Below are positions 18,037-27,378 of a DNA stretch of 64,000 bases, one piece after another. The notes below the pieces were generated by a model. The model ran no database searches and was not told the DNA's origin. It was given only the letters and a program-made list of their open reading frames with translations. Within the stretch, counting starts at the first letter, position 1. Every line of letters starts with the position of its first letter. The position numbers were made by a program, and so were the translations under genes. This DNA comes from an uncultured Ruminococcus sp. (GTDB lineage: Bacteria > Bacillota > Clostridia > Oscillospirales > CAG-272), in the NCBI GenBank assembly GCA_902782445.1, contig CACZNC010000016.1:13295-77294 (forward strand), written 5' to 3'.

Positions 18037-20082
18037 TCAGTGCGGCTGATACCCGCTCATGCGGAAGTCGATCCCGGCGGGGACAGGATGGGCTTTCAGA
18101 ACCTCGTCGACCGGGATCTCCCCGGGATCCTTTCCCGTCTCCTTCGCCATGATCGCCCGGTAGAGCTCGATCCACACCGCCGACGTGGAAACCTCGCCCT
18201 CCCGCATGTCCGCGACCTCCGGGACCTTGACGAGGATCTCTTCGGCTTTCTCGAGCTGTTCGTCCCCGCCCTGGCGCACGAGGATCTGGATGTACAGAAG
18301 CGCGATCCGGCCGTTTTCGAGGTACGCGGGCCGCTTCTCCACCGCCGCCCGGATGATCTCCTCCGCCTCCGCCGGGTCTCCGTGGGCCTTGATGAAGTCC
18401 GCCGCCGCGATGACGAGACGCACGTACTCCCCGCCGTCCTCTTCCATCCGGGCGACCGCCTCCTTCATGAGCCCGACGCCCTCCGCTCCGTGTCCCCGGG
18501 CCGCTTTCAGCCGGGCAAGAGCCGCGAGGGCAAGGGGGGTCTTCCGGTCGGCGAGGGATTTTTTCAGGGCCGCCTCCGCCGCGTCCACCGAGCCCGCCTC
18601 GTAGTAGAAGCAGCCGAGCTCGAGCCATTCGTACCAGCCCTTATGGGGAGCGTTTTCGAGCTTTTCGAGGAAGGCCCCGCCCATGGCCCCGCCGAAATAG
18701 TCGATGGGGTATCCCTCGGTGAGGACCGGGGATTTCGCGGGCAGGCTCCCGGTTTCGCAGAGGGCGAGGAAGTCGGCCTCCGGCGAATCCTCCCGGATGC
18801 TTGCGGCGGGGAAGGAGGCGTTTTCGCTCAGCGGGTGTCCGAGGGCCTTTTCGGTGAGGGCTCCCCAGCCGCTGCCGCAGGAATCGAGGATCTCCTCCGC
18901 GCCGTCCGCCGGATCGAAGTACGCGTCCGCGTCGTTCACGAGATCGAAGCGGCCCCCGAGGGTCAGGATGTTCTCGGTATAGGCGGAGGCCTGCCGGATC
19001 TCGGACTTGCAGAGCAGATCCGGGTCCCCGGAGAGCGCGGCGTAGCCCTCGGTCCATTCGAAGGAGGTCTTCCCGGCCATGGGGCGGTGTTCCATCTGGG
19101 AGTGGAGCAGGCCGGCCTGGGTCTCGGCGTAGTACCGGTCGTCGTGGGAGAGCCAGCGGTTCCAGGTCCGGCCTCCCTGGGATTCGGTGCCCCAGACGAA
19201 GAGCTTCCGCCCGATGAGGTTCGGGGTGGAGAACTGCACGAATCCCCGCCCGTCGCTCTCCACGGCGGCCTCGAATTTCTGCCGGTCTTCGGGGATCTGG
19301 AAGAAATAGTCGTAGGCGTACCCGTGGCGCGCGGGGAAATAGCCGTAGTCCGGGACGGGGGTGCGGTGGGCTTCGGGCATCCCGTCCTTCCCGGATCCGT
19401 AGGTGTAGTAATGGGTGGCCGGGACGACGATGCGGGTGGTTTCGTGCTGTTCGACGGCCATATTGGACCACCAGTAGACGTAGGTGGAGCCTTCGTGGGG
19501 ATTCTCGACGGTGACGCGGACCAGAAGGACGTCCCGGCAGAGGGTGGCCCGGACGATGAAGACAAGGCCGCGCTTGCGTTCGTACTCCCACATCTTGAGG
19601 GTCTCACCCCCGGCGCGGTTGGCGTAGTGGGCCGCGAAGAGGGGGGATGCGGTGTGGGCGTGGTGTCCGATAATGCCGCAGTTCCACTCGACGCCGCCGG
19701 AGAACCAGGCGTTCCGCAGGGCGAGGTTGGCGGGCTGGAAGACGTCGTTGCGGAAGAGCAGTTCCCGCCCTTCGGTCTTCGAATAGAGCCCCCAGAGCCG
19801 TCCGCCGAGATCCACCGCGAATTCGGCCCGGAGGAATTCGTTTTCCAGCACGGCCATGCGGAGGGACGAGGGTTTCAGGTCCCGGTCGTACCCGTCCAGC
19901 ATGGTGTAGGGGAGCATGGTGTGGACGTGCCCCTGACCGACCCACGCGCCCTCCTCCGCGGGCATCCCGGGATCGACCCGCGCGTGCGGCGGATTGGAAC
20001 GGGGCAGTCCCCGGACGTCCGGGATGGCGTTCGGCGTGCCGAGATCGGCGCATTTCATGGGAACATTCTCGTATCGAAGCAT
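18037..20082 (-). CDS. hypothetical protein, DUF5107-like N-terminal domain plus C-terminal TPR-like repeats
   Basis: Internal ATG at 20082 (MLRYENVPMKC) with a GAAGGAGGA Shine-Dalgarno. The upstream 78 codons of the track ORF lie in repeat DNA. The domain assignment is from memory and tentative. Confidence 0.55.
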   Translation of the reverse strand: MLRYENVPMKCADLGTPNAIPDVRGLPRSNPPHARVDPGMPAEEGAWVGQGHVHTMLPYTMLDGYDRDLKPSSLRMAVLENEFLRAEFAVDLGGRLWGLYSKTEGRELLFRNDVFQPANLALRNAWFSGGVEWNCGIIGHHAHTASPLFAAHYANRAGGETLKMWEYERKRGLVFIVRATLCRDVLLVRVTVENPHEGSTYVYWWSNMAVEQHETTRIVVPATHYYTYGSGKDGMPEAHRTPVPDYGYFPARHGYAYDYFFQIPEDRQKFEAAVESDGRGFVQFSTPNLIGRKLFVWGTESQGGRTWNRWLSHDDRYYAETQAGLLHSQMEHRPMAGKTSFEWTEGYAALSGDPDLLCKSEIRQASAYTENILTLGGRFDLVNDADAYFDPADGAEEILDSCGSGWGALTEKALGHPLSENASFPAASIREDSPEADFLALCETGSLPAKSPVLTEGYPIDYFGGAMGGAFLEKLENAPHKGWYEWLELGCFYYEAGSVDAAEAALKKSLADRKTPLALAALARLKAARGHGAEGVGLMKEAVARMEEDGGEYVRLVIAAADFIKAHGDPAEAEEIIRAAVEKRPAYLENGRIALLYIQILVRQGGDEQLEKAEEILVKVPEVADMREGEVSTSAVWIELYRAIMAKETGKDPGEIPVDEVLKAHPVPAGIDFRMSGYQPH

Positions 20083-20391
20083 CGTTGAAGTCCTCCTTCG
20101 TGAATCGTGCATCGGGAAACGGTTTTCGTGGCCGGGGTTCGTTCGGGGTGGAATTTGCGTTTTTTGGATGGGAGCGCTTCGCTGGGATGGAAGGGACGCG
20201 CGGCCGTTCAGCTGAAAAATGGAGCGATCCCCGCGGGCTTTGACAGATTCAGACAGACGAGCCGGAATATGGAGACAACCCGGCTTGATCGCCGAAGTGC
20301 GGCCAAACCCGTGCACGGAACAAGTTCCGTGGGCTCCGCCAGTGTTTCAGGCGCGCATTGGAAAGGGGACGGAGTGCGGTTTTCCGCTCAA

Positions 20392-20407
20392 TGTTTCACG
20401 TGAAACA
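20392..20407. promoter_or_regulatory. parS: parS-type 16-mer, perfect TGTTTCACGTGAAACA
   Basis: Exact read; R09. Confidence 0.65.
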
Positions 20408-20645
20408 ATCGTGATTTCGGACGGCTGACCTCCGTCGTTTCGCTTCTCTTTGTCATTCTGAGGAGCCTGCGACGAAGAATCTCCGCACATGGAGGATGGG
20501 TTGGCCTTAACGTTGGGAGATTCTTCGCTGACAGCACAACTGCGTTGGTGCGCACGACCGCGTTGGTGCGCATGACTGTGTCGGTGCGTCAGAATGACAA
20601 CGTGAGGGCGGAATGGGACGTGCGTCGGCCGAAATTCCGGAAAAA

Positions 20646-20661
20646 TGTTTCACGTGAAACA
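20646..20661. promoter_or_regulatory. parS: parS-type 16-mer, perfect TGTTTCACGTGAAACA
   Basis: Exact read; R09. Confidence 0.65.
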
Positions 20662-20967
20662 TACGGCAGAAAGCCCGGACATTGTCCCCTTTATATGCGC
20701 GACTGAATCGCCGCCGCAAGGCCGCCGCATTGGCATGTCGTTAAGCTGTTTTTTTCGTGCATCCGGCCAATGCTAAAGACCGCGCGGGGTTGACGCCATG
20801 TTCAGCCCGTCAGAGACGCAATCGGCAGAAGTGCGCGGGGATTGGCTCAAACTCCGGCTGCAAGTCCGCGCGTCCGTCGCCGACTCCTTACCCATATAAT
20901 ATAAACTCAAATCCCGCAAATCACGCCCCTCGATGCGGACAAACACCCATTCCCTCCTCCCTCGTCT

Positions 20968-22167
20968 TCATTCTTTCAAAAACACAAACTCCTCGTCCTC
21001 CGGGGCGGGGGAATCCTTTTCCATTTCCATCCGGGGGGTGTGGGCGAGGTTGAGCAGGAAGCGGCTGAGCTCTCCGGCGGAGTCGGGCTTGGCGATCCCG
21101 CGGATGCAGGCGCGCATGGCGTCGAGGCGGACGTCGGACATGAGGAGCTGGTAGATGCACTCCTCGATGGGGACCGTGGCGGTGACGGCCATCGCGCATC
21201 CGTTGTTGAGCAGGAATTCGGTGTTGCGCTCCTCCTGCCCGGGGATGGGATTGACGATGATCATGGGCAGGGTCTTCGCCAGACTTTCGCTGGTGGTGAG
21301 GCCGCCGGGCTTTGTGATGATGCAGTCCGCCGCGTCCATCAGAAGGCTCACGTAGTCGACGAATCCGGTGACGAGCAGCTTTCGGCCTTTCGGGGGATTC
21401 GCGGCCAGCCTGTCGAGGGCGGATTTCGCCTCCTCGTTGCGGCCGGCGACGGCGATCAGCTGAAACTCCCGCTCCACGTCGAGCCCGAGGATCCGCGCGG
21501 CCAGGTCCTCCATATTGCCGTAGCCCATCGACCCGCCCATGAGCAGGAAGGTGGTGAGCCCCGGGTCCAGCCCCAGCTTTTTCCGCGCTTCGATCTTGTC
21601 CCCCGTCTCCCGGAATTTCGGGTTGATCGGGATGCCGAAGGGGAGGATCTGGGAATCGCGGAATCCCTTCGCCCTGGCCTGGGGGAGGAGGAGCTTGTCC
21701 GGCACGACGACATAATCGTTGGCGGTGTTGTCCTCCCAGAAGGGGTGGAAGGTGAAGTCCGTGAGGATGCCGACGGTGCGGTTCCCGATGAGGTTCCGCT
21801 TTTTCATCGCGTTCAGGAGCATCCCGGCGAAGGGGTGGGTGAAGACGACGGCGTCGTAATCCCCGGAGCGGATATAGTCCACGAGCTCCTTCGAGAGGGC
21901 GGCGGAGGCGAGGCGCATACTGTCGAAGCGTTCGCTGACGACCTTGCGCTTTTCCGCCAGCCTGTACCCGATGCGGTAGGCTCCCTGGGCCTTTTCGGTG
22001 ACCAGGAGATAGCCGTCGGCGATGAATTTCGCGAGCTCCGGAGAGATATACGCAAAGGTATCGAGGATCTCCGCCTCCGCGCCGCATTCTTCAAGATCTG
22101 CCCGGATCGCCTTCGCGGTGGAGTTGTGCCCCTCCCCCGCCGTGACGGAAAGAATGAGAAAGTTCAT
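20968..22167 (-). CDS. glycosyltransferase, MGDG-synthase/UgtP-like (GT28) family
   Basis: MNFLILSVTAGEGHNSTAKAI... N-terminal MGDG-synthase-like domain and a C-terminal GT-B domain (ITKPGGLTTSESL). Confidence 0.8.
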   Translation of the reverse strand: MNFLILSVTAGEGHNSTAKAIRADLEECGAEAEILDTFAYISPELAKFIADGYLLVTEKAQGAYRIGYRLAEKRKVVSERFDSMRLASAALSKELVDYIRSGDYDAVVFTHPFAGMLLNAMKKRNLIGNRTVGILTDFTFHPFWEDNTANDYVVVPDKLLLPQARAKGFRDSQILPFGIPINPKFRETGDKIEARKKLGLDPGLTTFLLMGGSMGYGNMEDLAARILGLDVEREFQLIAVAGRNEEAKSALDRLAANPPKGRKLLVTGFVDYVSLLMDAADCIITKPGGLTTSESLAKTLPMIIVNPIPGQEERNTEFLLNNGCAMAVTATVPIEECIYQLLMSDVRLDAMRACIRGIAKPDSAGELSRFLLNLAHTPRMEMEKDSPAPEDEEFVFLKE

Positions 22168-22291
22168 AAGACAGTATTCTCCTGACGTGATGCGATAAAA
22201 TAGTGAGAAGCTGGGAGTGGCCAGCGGTTAGCGGCTAGTGGCTAGTGGTTAGTGGCTAGTAGACCGAATATGGAATTAGGAATTGGGCGGA

Positions 22292-22307
22292 TGTTTCACG
22301 TGAAACA
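22292..22307. promoter_or_regulatory. parS: parS-type 16-mer, perfect TGTTTCACGTGAAACA
   Basis: Exact read; R10. Confidence 0.65.
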
Positions 22308-22471
22308 ATCGTGATTTCGGACGGCTGACCCTCATCGTTCGCTTCTCATTGTCATTCTGAGGAGCCTGCGACGAAGAATCTCCGCACGTGGAGGATGGGT
22401 TGGCCTTGAAACGCTCAGAATGACACCGTGAGGACGGAACGGAGCGTGCATCAGCCGCAATTCCGGAAAAA

Positions 22472-22487
22472 TGTTTCACATGAAACA
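22472..22487. promoter_or_regulatory. parS: parS-like variant TGTTTCACATGAAACA (1 mismatch)
   Basis: Exact read; R10. Confidence 0.45.
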
Positions 22488-22542
22488 CCCGTCAACCGCT
22501 TCATAACCGATCCCCGGCTGACGGTCTGCCAGCCGCCAGCCA

Positions 22543-23553
22543 CTAACGACCAGCCACTCCTAATTCTCCCGGAAACCGAAACTCCTCCACCAGCCGCAAA
22601 AATTCTTTCAGGCTTTCTGCCCGGTTCAGCTTGTCCCGGAGGGCGGCGGAGCCTCTCATGCCCCGGATGAAATAGGCCGCGCGGCTTCTCGATTCCCGGA
22701 TCCCGCGGATCTCGCCCTTCTCCCGGGCGGATTCCTCCACGAGGCGGATCACCGTCTCCCGGATCTCGGCGGGGGTCGGCGGGGCGGCGTTCTCCGGGTC
22801 CTTCAGGCGGCGGAAGAGCCAGGGATCCCCGAGGGCCGCCCTTCCCACGGCCACGTCGCCGCATCCCATGCCGAGGTAGACCCGGGCGGATTCGGGGGAG
22901 CAGACATCCCCGTTCCCCGTGAAGAGGATCCGGCGTCCGCACTCCTCCTCCCGCAGGGCCGACAGGGTGATCCGCGCGGCCTCGGGATCGGCGGAGGGCA
23001 TGTACATCTGGGCCCGGGTGCGGCAGTGGAGGGTGATCCGGTCCACCCCGGCGCGGGCGAGGATCTTCGAAAATTCCGGCGCGGTCAGGCTGTCCCACCC
23101 CATGCGGATCTTGACGGAGAGCGGGACCCCGTATTTCAGGCAGACCTCCTTCACGGCGGCGGCGATCCTCTCCGCCCGGTCCGGATCCAGCATCAGGGCG
23201 GACCCCTCGCCGTTGGAGACGATCTTGCGGACGGGGCATCCCATATTGATGTCGATCCCGGCGGGCGGCGCGGCGTAGGAGCATCCGGGATAATTCCCCG
23301 AGAGGAGCAGATCCGCGGCCCTCGCCATCACCCCGGGATCCCGCCCGAAGATCTGCAATACGACTGGGGGCTCCCCCTCGCCGATCTTCGAGAGCTCCGC
23401 CGTCTCCCGGTCCGAGCGGGTCAGAGCCTCCGCCGAGATCATCTCGCTGACGGCATAAACCGCGCCGAGCTCCCCGCAGATCCGCCGGAACGCGCTGTCC
23501 GTATACCCCGCCATAGGGGCAAGAGAAGCGGGAAGGGAGGAGGTGTTAGTCAT
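22543..23553 (-). CDS. dus: tRNA-dihydrouridine synthase
   Basis: LAPMAGYTDSAFRRICGELGA...GIDINMGCPVRKI...TLHCRTR. The last ~7 codons (ELGVAGR*) are encoded by a repeat arm. Confidence 0.9.
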   Translation of the reverse strand: MTNTSSLPASLAPMAGYTDSAFRRICGELGAVYAVSEMISAEALTRSDRETAELSKIGEGEPPVVLQIFGRDPGVMARAADLLLSGNYPGCSYAAPPAGIDINMGCPVRKIVSNGEGSALMLDPDRAERIAAAVKEVCLKYGVPLSVKIRMGWDSLTAPEFSKILARAGVDRITLHCRTRAQMYMPSADPEAARITLSALREEECGRRILFTGNGDVCSPESARVYLGMGCGDVAVGRAALGDPWLFRRLKDPENAAPPTPAEIRETVIRLVEESAREKGEIRGIRESRSRAAYFIRGMRGSAALRDKLNRAESLKEFLRLVEEFRFPGELGVAGR

Positions 23554-23695
23554 GCAATAACCTCATGGGGAAGTTGTTAGAGGAGAGTGGCTAGTGGCTA
23601 GTAGAACGTGAAACGAGTGAGGAGTGGACGAGAATTAGGAATTAGGAATGAATTCAGAATTCAGAATGATGAATTAAGAATTAGGAATTGGCGGA

Positions 23696-23711
23696 TGTTT
23701 CACGTGGAACA
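23696..23711. promoter_or_regulatory. parS: parS-type 16-mer TGTTTCACGTGGAACA (complement of the canonical site)
   Basis: Exact read; R11. Confidence 0.65.
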
Positions 23712-23944
23712 ATCGTGATTTCGTTCTGTTTTTCCTGAAACGATTCTTCATTCAGGCCGGAAACCCGTCCGTCGCCGCTTCTCTTTGTCATTCTGAGGAG
23801 CCTGCGACGAAGAATCTCCGCACGTGGAGGATGGGTTGGCCTTGAATCTGGGAGGTTCTTCGCTGACAGCACGACCGCGTCGGTGCGTCAGAATGACAAA
23901 GTGAGGGCGGAATGGGACGTGCAGCAGCCGAAATCCCGGAAAAA

Positions 23945-23960
23945 AGTTTCACGTGAAACA
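23945..23960. promoter_or_regulatory. parS: parS-like variant AGTTTCACGTGAAACA (1 mismatch)
   Basis: Exact read; R11. Confidence 0.5.
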
Positions 23961-24036
23961 ATTCTTAATTCTGAATTCTGAATTCTGAATTGTCCTCCAC
24001 TCCTCACTCTACCAGCCACTCCCAACTAGCCGCTGA

Positions 24037-24684
24037 CTACTCCACTTTCTCTTCTCTCGGCTTATGGAACACCCGCATCGCGGCTTTGGCGGCCAGGTGG
24101 GGGAGGAAGGCGAAGACCGAGGTGGAGAGGAATTCCGGCAGGGCGATCTTCGCAAGAGCAGGGCCGAGAGAAAAATCCCGGACCGTCAGTTTCAGGGTCA
24201 CGAGGGTGAAGGCCATCCGCAGAAGACATCCCGCGGCGGTGAACAGAAGCCGCACGGCGAAGGAATCCCGGAAGAACTCCTTTGTCAGCAGTCCCGCGAA
24301 GATCCCGGCGGGCAGATAGAGCAGGGGGAGCAGGGAGACGGCCGCCCCTCCGAGGGATTCGATGACGAAGGCCGCGATCACGCCGAAGACCGCGCCGAAG
24401 CGTTCCCCCTCGGTCATGCCCACGGCGATCACCAGGGGGAGCATGAGATCCGGGACCACGCCGAAGGGCCGGAACCGCGCGAAGATCGTGGTCTGGAGCA
24501 GCGCGAAGAAAACGAGGAGTCCCGCCGCGGCCAGAACGCGCAGAAGGACCTCGGTATCGACGCCGGGGATGCGGAACCGCCCGCCGGGTCTTTTGCCGCG
24601 GTGCAGGTCGATCTTCCGTTCGGTGATCCCGGTGTCGGAATTGAGCAGATCGGCGTCGGATTTTTTTCCGGATCCGAGAAACAT
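24037..24684 (-). CDS. mreD: rod shape-determining protein MreD (by position and membrane topology)
   Basis: 215-aa multi-TM ORF (…VVPDLMLPLVIAVGMTEGERFGAVFGVIAAFVIE…) downstream of mreB and mreC. The N-terminus is longer than usual. Confidence 0.7.
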   Translation of the reverse strand: MFLGSGKKSDADLLNSDTGITERKIDLHRGKRPGGRFRIPGVDTEVLLRVLAAAGLLVFFALLQTTIFARFRPFGVVPDLMLPLVIAVGMTEGERFGAVFGVIAAFVIESLGGAAVSLLPLLYLPAGIFAGLLTKEFFRDSFAVRLLFTAAGCLLRMAFTLVTLKLTVRDFSLGPALAKIALPEFLSTSVFAFLPHLAAKAAMRVFHKPREEKVE

Positions 24685-24799
24685 GGGCGGACTCCTTTGG
24701 AGTAGTTGTTAGTAGAAAGGGGCTAGTAGTTAGTAGAGGACGAGTTAGGAGTGAGAAATGAGGAATGAAATTCAGAATTCAGAATTAGGAATTAAGAAT

Positions 24800-24815
24800 T
24801 GTTTCACGTGAAACA
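24800..24815. promoter_or_regulatory. parS: parS-type 16-mer, perfect TGTTTCACGTGAAACA
   Basis: Exact read; R12. Confidence 0.65.
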
Positions 24816-25023
24816 AACGTGATTTCGGAAGGCTGCCCCCATCGTTTTGCTTCTCGTTGTCATTCTGAGGAGCTTGCGACGAAGAATCTCCGCACGTGGA
24901 GGATGGGTTGGCCTTGAAGCCCGGAGATTCTTCGCTTACAGCACAACTGCGTTGGTGCGTCAGAATGACAATGTGAGGGCGGAATGGGACGTGCATCGGC
25001 CGATTTTACGGAAAAGGCCTGCA

Positions 25024-25039
25024 TGTTTCACTTGAAACA
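25024..25039. promoter_or_regulatory. parS: parS-like variant TGTTTCACTTGAAACA (1 mismatch)
   Basis: Exact read; R12. Confidence 0.45.
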
Positions 25040-25119
25040 GACTGTCCGCCGCTGCACAGTGAAGCCCGGCTAACGGTTCTACTAACCACTAGCTACTAGC
25101 CGCCAGCCGCCGCTCCCTC

Positions 25120-25959
25120 TCATTCCACTTTCGTGTCGAAATCCGTGAGGATCATGACGCGGGAGAGCTCGGAGAAGTCGGCGGCGCAGCGGACCGTCAC
25201 GGACATGCCTCTCGTGTAGGGGTTGACCTCCATGCTCTCGATGAATCCGATGACGAGGCCCCGGGGGTAGACGCTTCCGTAGCCGCTGGAGAGGACCCGG
25301 TCGCCCACCTTCGCTTCGGTGTCGGCCTTGAGGTAGTTCATCCGGAGCAGGCCGTCCCCGGACAGGCCGAATTCGCCTTCGCAGACGCCGACCTCGTTGG
25401 TCCGCTCCACGTAGGCCCCGATGATCGTGCCGGATTCCACGACCGTCGTGACGCGGGACCACCCGGTTCCGACCTCGGTGATCCTCCCGACGACCCCTTC
25501 CGAGGTGACGACGGGCATGTTGACCTCGACCCCCGCGCCGGAACCCGCGTCCAGCGTCAGGACCCGGGAATAGTTCCCGCTTTCCCGCCCGGTGACGGAG
25601 GAGGCCATCATCTTGAAGTCCTGCCGCACCCGCTTCATTTCGAGGAATCCGGCCATCCAGGCGTACATCTCCTCCCGCTCGGTGGAGTCGTAGATCTGGG
25701 AGCGGAGTTCCTCCACCTCTTCCCGGAGCACGGCGTTTTCCTCCACGAGCTCGTCGAAGCGGTAGAAATACGCGGCAAAACCGTCCATCGCTTCCGCCGT
25801 ATAATTGAACAGCTTCTGCATGGGCGTGAGGACTCCCGTCACAGCGTCCCGGAACGCAAAGGTCACGCCCATCCGGTAAAAGACGGTCGGCACGATGCAG
25901 CACAGCAGCGCGATCACGGTGATGATATAAAAGAATTTCGATTTGAAAAACTGTTTCAT
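25120..25959 (-). CDS. mreC: rod shape-determining protein MreC
   Basis: 279-aa ORF with an N-terminal TM, a coiled-coil and a beta-rich C-terminus (…VVTSEGVVGRITEVG…GYGSVYPRGLVIG). Confidence 0.9.
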   Translation of the reverse strand: MKQFFKSKFFYIITVIALLCCIVPTVFYRMGVTFAFRDAVTGVLTPMQKLFNYTAEAMDGFAAYFYRFDELVEENAVLREEVEELRSQIYDSTEREEMYAWMAGFLEMKRVRQDFKMMASSVTGRESGNYSRVLTLDAGSGAGVEVNMPVVTSEGVVGRITEVGTGWSRVTTVVESGTIIGAYVERTNEVGVCEGEFGLSGDGLLRMNYLKADTEAKVGDRVLSSGYGSVYPRGLVIGFIESMEVNPYTRGMSVTVRCAADFSELSRVMILTDFDTKVE

Positions 25960-26376
25960 GAGGGATGATCTGCTTCTTTCATGGGCGGAAATCTATGTCG
26001 GAAGGGAGTCCGCGGCGGGGCGGGGGGATGTGCGGGACGGGATGGGGAACTGTGCGGGACGGGCGTTTTTTGGATGGGAGCGCTTCGCCCGCTTCGCATG
26101 GATTCGGGAGACGCGCCGTCGTTCAGCCGGGAAATGGGGCGATCTTCGCGGGTCGGATCAGATTCAATCCGGACGAGCCGGAACATGGAGCCAACCCGGC
26201 TTGATCGCCGACGTGCGGCCGAACCCATGCGCGGGACAGGCCCGCGGCCTCGCGGCGGAGATTCAGGCGCGCATTGGAAGGGGGACAATGTCAGGGCTCT
26301 TCTCCCGATTGTTTCACGTGAAACAAGGAAAAACGGTTCTCCTGGCCACTAGCCGCTTCCAACTACCAACTCCTCA
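25960..26376. repeat. R13 mosaic element: F(-) - parS - arm
   Basis: Between mreC and mreB. The arm supplies the mreB TGA stop. Confidence 0.8.
26310..26325. promoter_or_regulatory. parS: parS-type 16-mer, perfect TGTTTCACGTGAAACA
   Basis: Exact read; R13. Confidence 0.65.
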
Positions 26377-27378
26377 CTTAGTCCTGTACTCCATCGCATA
26401 CCTGAGGTCCCCGCCGTTCTCGATGAACCGGCCGATGCCGATGGCCACCGAATCAATGGGGGACTTGGCGACGATCGTGCGGATGCCCGTGACCCGGGAG
26501 ATCAAGAGATCCATGCCCGCCAGGAGCGCGCCGCCGCCGGAGAGCATGATGCCCGTGTCGTAGATGTCGGAGGCCAGTTCGGGCGGGGTGTTTTCGAGGG
26601 TGTTGCGGATGATCTCGACGATCTGCTGGACCTCGTTCTGCATCGCCTCCCGCACCTCCGCGGAGTGGATCGTCACCACCGCCGGGAGCCCGGAGAGCAG
26701 ATTGCGGCCCCGCACTTCCATCGCGCCCCGGTCAGCGGCGGGATGGGCCGAGCCGATCTTCTTCTTGAGCAGCTCCGCCGTCGTCTCGCCGATCAGGACA
26801 TTGTACTTGCGCTTGATGAAGGACACGATGGCCTCGTCCAGTTCCGCGCCGGCAGTCCGCACCGAACGGGCCAGCACGATCCGCCCGAGGGAGAGGACCG
26901 CGACTTCGGTGGTGCCCCCTCCGATGTCGATGATCATGGACCCGCGGACGTCCTCCACCCTGAGCCCCGCTCCGATGGCGGCCGCGAGAGGCTCGTCGAT
27001 CAGCCCGACGGATCCGGCTCCTGCCGCGAGGGACACGTCCTCCACCGCGCGCCGCTCCACGCCGGTCACGCCGTTGGGGATGCAGACTATGACCCGGGGA
27101 TGGCTGAAAATGGTGGTCCCGGAGGCTTTCTTGAAATAGTAGTTGAGCATGGCGGCGGTCCCGTCGAACTCCGCGATCACGCCGTCCTTGAGGGGATGCA
27201 TGGCCACGATGGAGCCGGGGGTCTTGCCGAGCATGAGCTTCGCCTCGTTCCCGACGGCAACCACATTTTTCGTTTTCGCCTCCACGGCGACGACCGAGGG
27301 CTCCCGGAGGATGATCCCCCTGCCCTTCGCGTAAACAAGGGTATTGGCAGTACCGAGGTCGATTCCGATTGTCTTCAT
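26374..27378 (-). CDS. mreB: rod shape-determining protein MreB
   Basis: MKTIGIDLGTANTLVY...IIDIGGGTTEVAVLSLG...MLSGGGALL. I prefer ATG at 27378 to the TTG at 27405. The TGA stop lies in a repeat arm. Confidence 0.95.
   Translation of the reverse strand: MKTIGIDLGTANTLVYAKGRGIILREPSVVAVEAKTKNVVAVGNEAKLMLGKTPGSIVAMHPLKDGVIAEFDGTAAMLNYYFKKASGTTIFSHPRVIVCIPNGVTGVERRAVEDVSLAAGAGSVGLIDEPLAAAIGAGLRVEDVRGSMIIDIGGGTTEVAVLSLGRIVLARSVRTAGAELDEAIVSFIKRKYNVLIGETTAELLKKKIGSAHPAADRGAMEVRGRNLLSGLPAVVTIHSAEVREAMQNEVQQIVEIIRNTLENTPPELASDIYDTGIMLSGGGALLAGMDLLISRVTGIRTIVAKSPIDSVAIGIGRFIENGGDLRYAMEYRTK

Larger units (their letters stand above)
20083..20967. repeat. R09 full composite: F(-) - parS - E(+) - parS - F(+), ~885-bp inverted-repeat unit
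   Basis: About 300-bp F modules in inverted orientation flank parS-E-parS. Fills the whole spacer. Confidence 0.85.
22200..22565. repeat. R10 mosaic element: arm - parS - E(+) - parS variant - arm
   Basis: The right arm runs into the dus 3' end. Confidence 0.8.
23572..24040. repeat. R11 mosaic element: arm - parS - E(+) - parS variant - arm
   Basis: Between the dus start and the mreD stop. Confidence 0.8.
24700..25119. repeat. R12 mosaic element: arm - parS - E(+) - parS variant - arm
   Basis: Between mreD and mreC. Confidence 0.8.

Noticed and set aside
20392-25039. Regularly spaced identical 16-bp palindromes separated by ~160-260 bp could look like a CRISPR array.
   Set aside because: The 'spacers' are themselves conserved repeat modules (E or I). 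The pairs are scattered between genes rather than tandem. The repeat is only 16 bp and there are no cas genes in the window.
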